Of a stretch of 11,052 bases of DNA, positions 7,265 to 11,052 are shown piece by piece. Origin of the DNA: Octopus sinensis (taxonomy: Eukaryota); the NCBI RefSeq assembly GCF_006345805.1, contig NW_021827148.1, forward strand, positions 1 to 11,052. The letters run 5' to 3'. Every line of letters starts with the position of its first letter. The stretch's first letter is position 1. The notes beneath the pieces were generated by a model. It saw only the letters and a program-made list of their open reading frames with translations. It was not told the DNA's origin and made no database searches. The position numbers and the translations under genes are program-made.

Positions 7265-7589
7265 TTCACGACCACTCTTTCCATGCTTGCAATGGATCAA
7301 ACAAGATTCATTGAAGCAGATTTTCTACAGTCAGACGCCATTCTTGGAACCAACCCTCACCTGTTTGGATGCAAGGTAATATTTCACTGTAGCCCAGGCA
7401 TGTTTTCATGGAAGACTGGGAAACAAGCGACACCACTTGTGTGACAGTGGCGCATGCTTTTATCTGTTGCGAGATGTCAAAAGAGATACATAAACATTAA
7501 CTCACACAGGGCGTGTATGATGGGCTTATCCACTCACAGGGATTGAACCAGAAATGTGGTTTGGAGACGAACTACACAACCATGGCAGC
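7263..7589 (-). mobile_element. SINE family B, second diverged copy with a deleted head
   Basis: Body aligns with 5680-5860. Head remnant ATGATGGGCTT|ATCCACTCACA|GGGATTGAACC at about 7517-7550. Confidence 0.75.
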
Positions 7590-7611
7590 AATTATATACG
7601 ACAGTGAAAGG

Positions 7612-7833
7612 TGTACATTATTTACATTTGACGGATTTTGTCCACATCTTGTTTGTTGTTAACACAAAGTTTCGGCTGATATGTTTCAGGTGTCTTGGGG
7701 AGATTTCGAACCTGGGTTCTCATTCCTAAGGTATTTTTCAATGTTATTATTATTATTCAGGTCACTGCCTGGAATCAAACTAGGAATCTTGGGGTTAGTG
7801 GTCCACACTCTTAACCACTACACCATATGCCCA
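7612..7833 (-). mobile_element. tRNA-Arg-like element with an (AAT)n linker and a broken Penelope-type hammerhead motif
   Basis: Minus strand: A-box TGGTGTAGTGG (+7815-7825), AAGATTCC then B-box TAGTTTGATTCC (+7771-7782), (AAT)n at about +7744-7757, then GACAC-CTGA-AACATATCAGCC-GAAAC-TTT-GTGTT (+7694-7661). The element may extend to about 7900. Confidence 0.65.
7661..7694 (-). ncRNA. Degenerate (predicted inactive) minimal type I hammerhead ribozyme remnant
   Basis: Stem I GACAC/GTGTT, CTGA and GAAAC are present. The NGA of CUGANGA and the 5' arm of stem II are missing, and GAAACGTH reads GAAACTTT. Confidence 0.5.
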
Positions 7834-7957
7834 TGAGCAATTAAGGACTGAATTTTAGAGCTTATAAATCTAATATTTTCCTATCCTTCCTTAATACTGG
7901 TTCCTATATGCTGCTCATATCTACACTCGGTCTGCTTAGGAAGTTGTTGTGTCCAAA

Positions 7958-8213
7958 CATATGTAGCTAAGCGGTTAGGGTGTTTGACTGAAGATTATAT
8001 GGCTGTGAGTTTGACACCCAGTGGCACATTGTGTCCCTGAACAAGACATTTTTACTTCAAATTGCTCCAGTCTACCTGGCAGGCAAAAATAAGTAGTATC
8101 TGTTATTCAAAGGGCCAAGCTTCTCACACCCGAGAACTATCTTAAGAGTATGTGTGGCTGTTCCATTGATCGGATCAACCGGAACACTTGCCGTCGTAAC
8201 CGACGGAATACCA
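7958..8213 (+). mobile_element. tRNA-derived SINE family D (CORE-like block) with a 3' stem-loop tail
   Basis: A-box TAGCTAAGCGG (7964-7974), B-box-like GAGTTTGACACC (8007-8018), block TGTGTCCCTGAACAAGACATTTT..TTGCTCCAGTC, and terminal hairpin CCGTCG-TAAC-CGACGG (8191-8206). Confidence 0.8.
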
Positions 8214-8660
8214 GTTATATATAACAAAAGAATGACAAAAAGAAAAGGACTATTTAGTATAGAAAATGAAAGAAACAAGAAATCGGAGACAATCATGCCT
8301 TTCCTGAGATCAAGGACGTAAGAGATACAGCTTGAGAAGTAAAAATGGGTTTAACAGAGAATCGAAACCAGTCAGTGGAAGGCTAGTTTATATGATTGGT
8401 TTTTAAAGCATCGTTTATCAAGATACATGTCTGCAGTACAGGTAAAAATCTAGGCAGATTCAGGTTAAAACCAACATAACACAAAGGTGCAAATAGCGCT
8501 TAATTTACACTCTACAAAACAAAAGTTAACGCATAAAAGAGAGAAAGACAAAGGGAACGAAAGGACGGACGAATAAGTTTCTTACTCCGACAAAAAAAAA
8601 AATGATTGATAAAAACTGATTGTCAGTGTATTCTCAGATAAAACCTTTTTTCAGACTTTC

Positions 8661-8713
8661 TGCCTACCTCTCTCTCTCACTGTCATATATATATATATAT
8701 ATACATACACACA

Positions 8714-8784
<71 letters not shown>

Positions 8785-8880
8785 TATATGTATATATATT
8801 ATATACATACACACAATATACAACAGAACACACAAGCACACACATATGGACACATAGAAACACGCACATACAGACAACAG
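8661..8880. repeat. TC/TA/CA microsatellite block including a perfect (TA)29 at 8720-8777
   Basis: Direct reading. Confidence 0.95.
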
Positions 8881-8995
8881 TATGACTCGGGTATTCGGGT
8901 ATAAGGTGCATCCCACAATTTTGGACGACTAATTTGGAACGAATCTTATGGCAAATATTCTTGGCCCTCTCTCTATAAGCTACACTTGATTTTGG
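8878..8995. mobile_element. Possible Tc1/mariner (Tc2-like) MITE fragment
   Basis: CAGTATGACTCGGGTATTCGGGTATAAGGTGCATCC and CTATAAGCTACAC resemble the CCGTAT..ACTCG.GTATAAG.CGCAC ends I recall from Tc2-type elements. No paired TIR seen. Confidence 0.25.
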
Positions 8996-9059
8996 TATTT
9001 ACGTTATATACAAAAAGCAAATTGTATGAGTAAAAATGGTGCATGCGCAAGTGTGCGTG

Positions 9060-9243
9060 TGTGTATAGTGTATAAATAAATAGCAATATATGTGTGTATA
9101 TATATATATATAAACACACATATATATACATATATACACATACATATATGCACACACACACACACTATATATATACATATTTATATATATATATATATAC
9201 ATACATATATCTATATACACACCACACATATTATATATAAATA

Positions 9244-9280
<37 letters not shown>

Positions 9281-9887
9281 ACATATCTCTACATAACATA
9301 AATATATGCATATACTTGTATATATATATATGCATACACACACACATATATATACATACACAACTATATATATGTGTGTGTGTGTGTGCATGTGTATATA
9401 ACCATAAGTATACCTGTAAATATGTAAATACATAAATACAGACACAACAGACATATACCAAAATATATATATATATGCATATATATATATAATATATATA
9501 TATATATACATGTATATATACATGTATATATATATATGTATATATACATGTATATATATATATATATTCAACATAACATGCATATATACACATACTTGAT
9601 ATCTAAATATGGATATATATATATCCACATATCCTCATGTTAAATATAGAGTATCACAGTGTGGTGTGTATGTATATATTATACATTTAAATTTTGTGTA
9701 TATATTTATATACATTCGTCTAATATATCAATGATGTCAATACACATATATACATAAACACATATTTGAATGCACACACGATAAGCAATACATATACCTA
9801 CATGTTTAAGACTATATGTATAAACATGTATATATATATACGCACTCGTGTATGTAATGTATAAATACGTATTGTACGTATAGTGTT

Positions 9888-9951
<64 letters not shown>

Positions 9952-9960
9952 AGCCTGTAT
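9060..9960. repeat. Long TA/CA/TG low-complexity region including a perfect (TA)30 at 9890-9949
   Basis: Direct reading; source of the I/Y/H/T-rich spurious ORFs. Confidence 0.95.
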
Positions 9961-10544
9961 GTATGTTTATGCGAATGTGTGCATGATCATATAGAGAAAC
10001 GAAGATATTCAAACACACACCACACACACACATATCGACATAATATATCAACCAAAACCATTCACGGAGTGTAGAGCCATACAGGAAAAAGATCGATACC
10101 TATTGTTACTCAGAAACACACCCACACACACATACGCACGCACACACACATGCAAAAAAAATACACGCACACACATACACACCCGCATGTGCGCGCGCAC
10201 TTTGCAGCTTGTACAAATCAACGCGTTACGAAATGACAACCGAACGAAGGCTGGTGTGGATCTTGCGTTAACGTCTCTTAAAAATGGGACTTAATATGTA
10301 TATATAACTGTAATTTGCTGTGATAGATAGGTAGTTTGTGTTTGTCTCATTGATCAATAGATCGATAGATGAAAGCAAGAGACAGAGGGTGAGGATGATA
10401 ATCAATAAGAGATATAGAGGAGCAAATGAGGAAATTGAGTTCGATATGTTGTAATGAATGCGGTTTTTCCTTTCATCCTTGTTCGTCTAATTTTCTAAGC
10501 AAACTTGCATTAAGGACAGAAAGTAATGGGGGAGGATTTCAGTT

Positions 10545-11052
10545 TATGCTTAATATACATATATACATGCAAGCATATACGGGCTACACATACGTATGTA
10601 TATATGCACATAAGACTATATATATATATAGACTTATATAGACTTATGAAGTAACCATACATTTTAAAAATGATATATATATATATATTTATATATATAT
10701 ATATTTATATATATATTACACACATATATATATATATATACACCCATACATACATATATGGTCACGTCTGCGTATATATATATACATACATATATATATA
10801 TAGATATATATATTATATATATATATAATATTACACTTTATATATATGTATAAATATATATATATGCATATATATATATATATATGTATAAATATATATA
10901 TATGTATATATGCATATATATGTATATATGTATATATATATAATATGTATATTATATAAAATAGTATGTGTATATATATATGTATATATATATATGTATA
11001 TATATGTATATATATATATATGTATGTATGTATATATATATATATATATATA
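10545..11052. repeat. Degenerate (TA)n/(TATG)n tract running to the window end
   Basis: Direct reading. Confidence 0.95.

Noticed and set aside
6556-7444. ORFs 6556-6849, 6838-7080 and 7241-7444 as genes
   Set aside because: They run across the RTE 3' UTR/A-tail, the transposase relic and a SINE respectively. An EGF-like reading (NRHTGRCSTG) lacked consistent cysteine spacing and is interrupted by stops.
7757-8020. Functional tRNA genes
   Set aside because: The tRNA-like segments lack complete acceptor and T stems and have mutated B-boxes; they are repeat heads.
8460-8570. Minus-strand acceptor (TTAAC..TTTTGTTTTGTAG at 8512) followed by CKLSAICTFVLCWF, reminiscent of GPCR TM6
   Set aside because: A stop codon falls before the conserved proline and the other frames close at once. 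It could be a non-coding exon, but this is unsupported without RNA data.
8651-10641. Many 60-209 aa ORFs on both strands
   Set aside because: They are mostly IY/CV/HT dipeptide runs produced by stop-free TA/TG/CA microsatellites; the rest show no protein-like domain.
1-11052. CRISPR array or prokaryotic system
   Set aside because: There are no regularly spaced 25-45 bp direct repeats with unique spacers and no operon-like coding density; the sequence is eukaryotic repeat-rich DNA.

Overview
This is AT-rich, repeat-dense, non-coding eukaryotic DNA. The repeat families (tRNA-headed SINEs with internal TA/TG microsatellites) look like those I recall from octopus (coleoid cephalopod) genomes; this is inferred, not searched. 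No intact protein-coding gene, true tRNA/rRNA gene or CRISPR array is supported, and every ORF in the supplied track is explained by microsatellites or decayed repeats. Layout: (i) 1-169 is a near-perfect, almost loop-less palindrome running off the left edge. (ii) About 230-3760 is CpG-retaining, with SINE copies, inverted microsatellite pairs and motif clusters suggesting cis-regulatory DNA. (iii) About 4560-8215 is a mostly CpG-depleted pile of transposon relics: several SINE families, a piggyBac-type MITE, an RTE LINE 3' end, a pogo/Tigger transposase relic, and a tRNA-Arg-like element carrying a broken Penelope-type hammerhead ribozyme. (iv) About 8660-11052 is mostly TA/CA low-complexity sequence. 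The most interesting items are the tRNA-head plus hammerhead element, the palindrome, an exact decamer repeated three times at 142/145 bp spacing, and the sharp CpG step.
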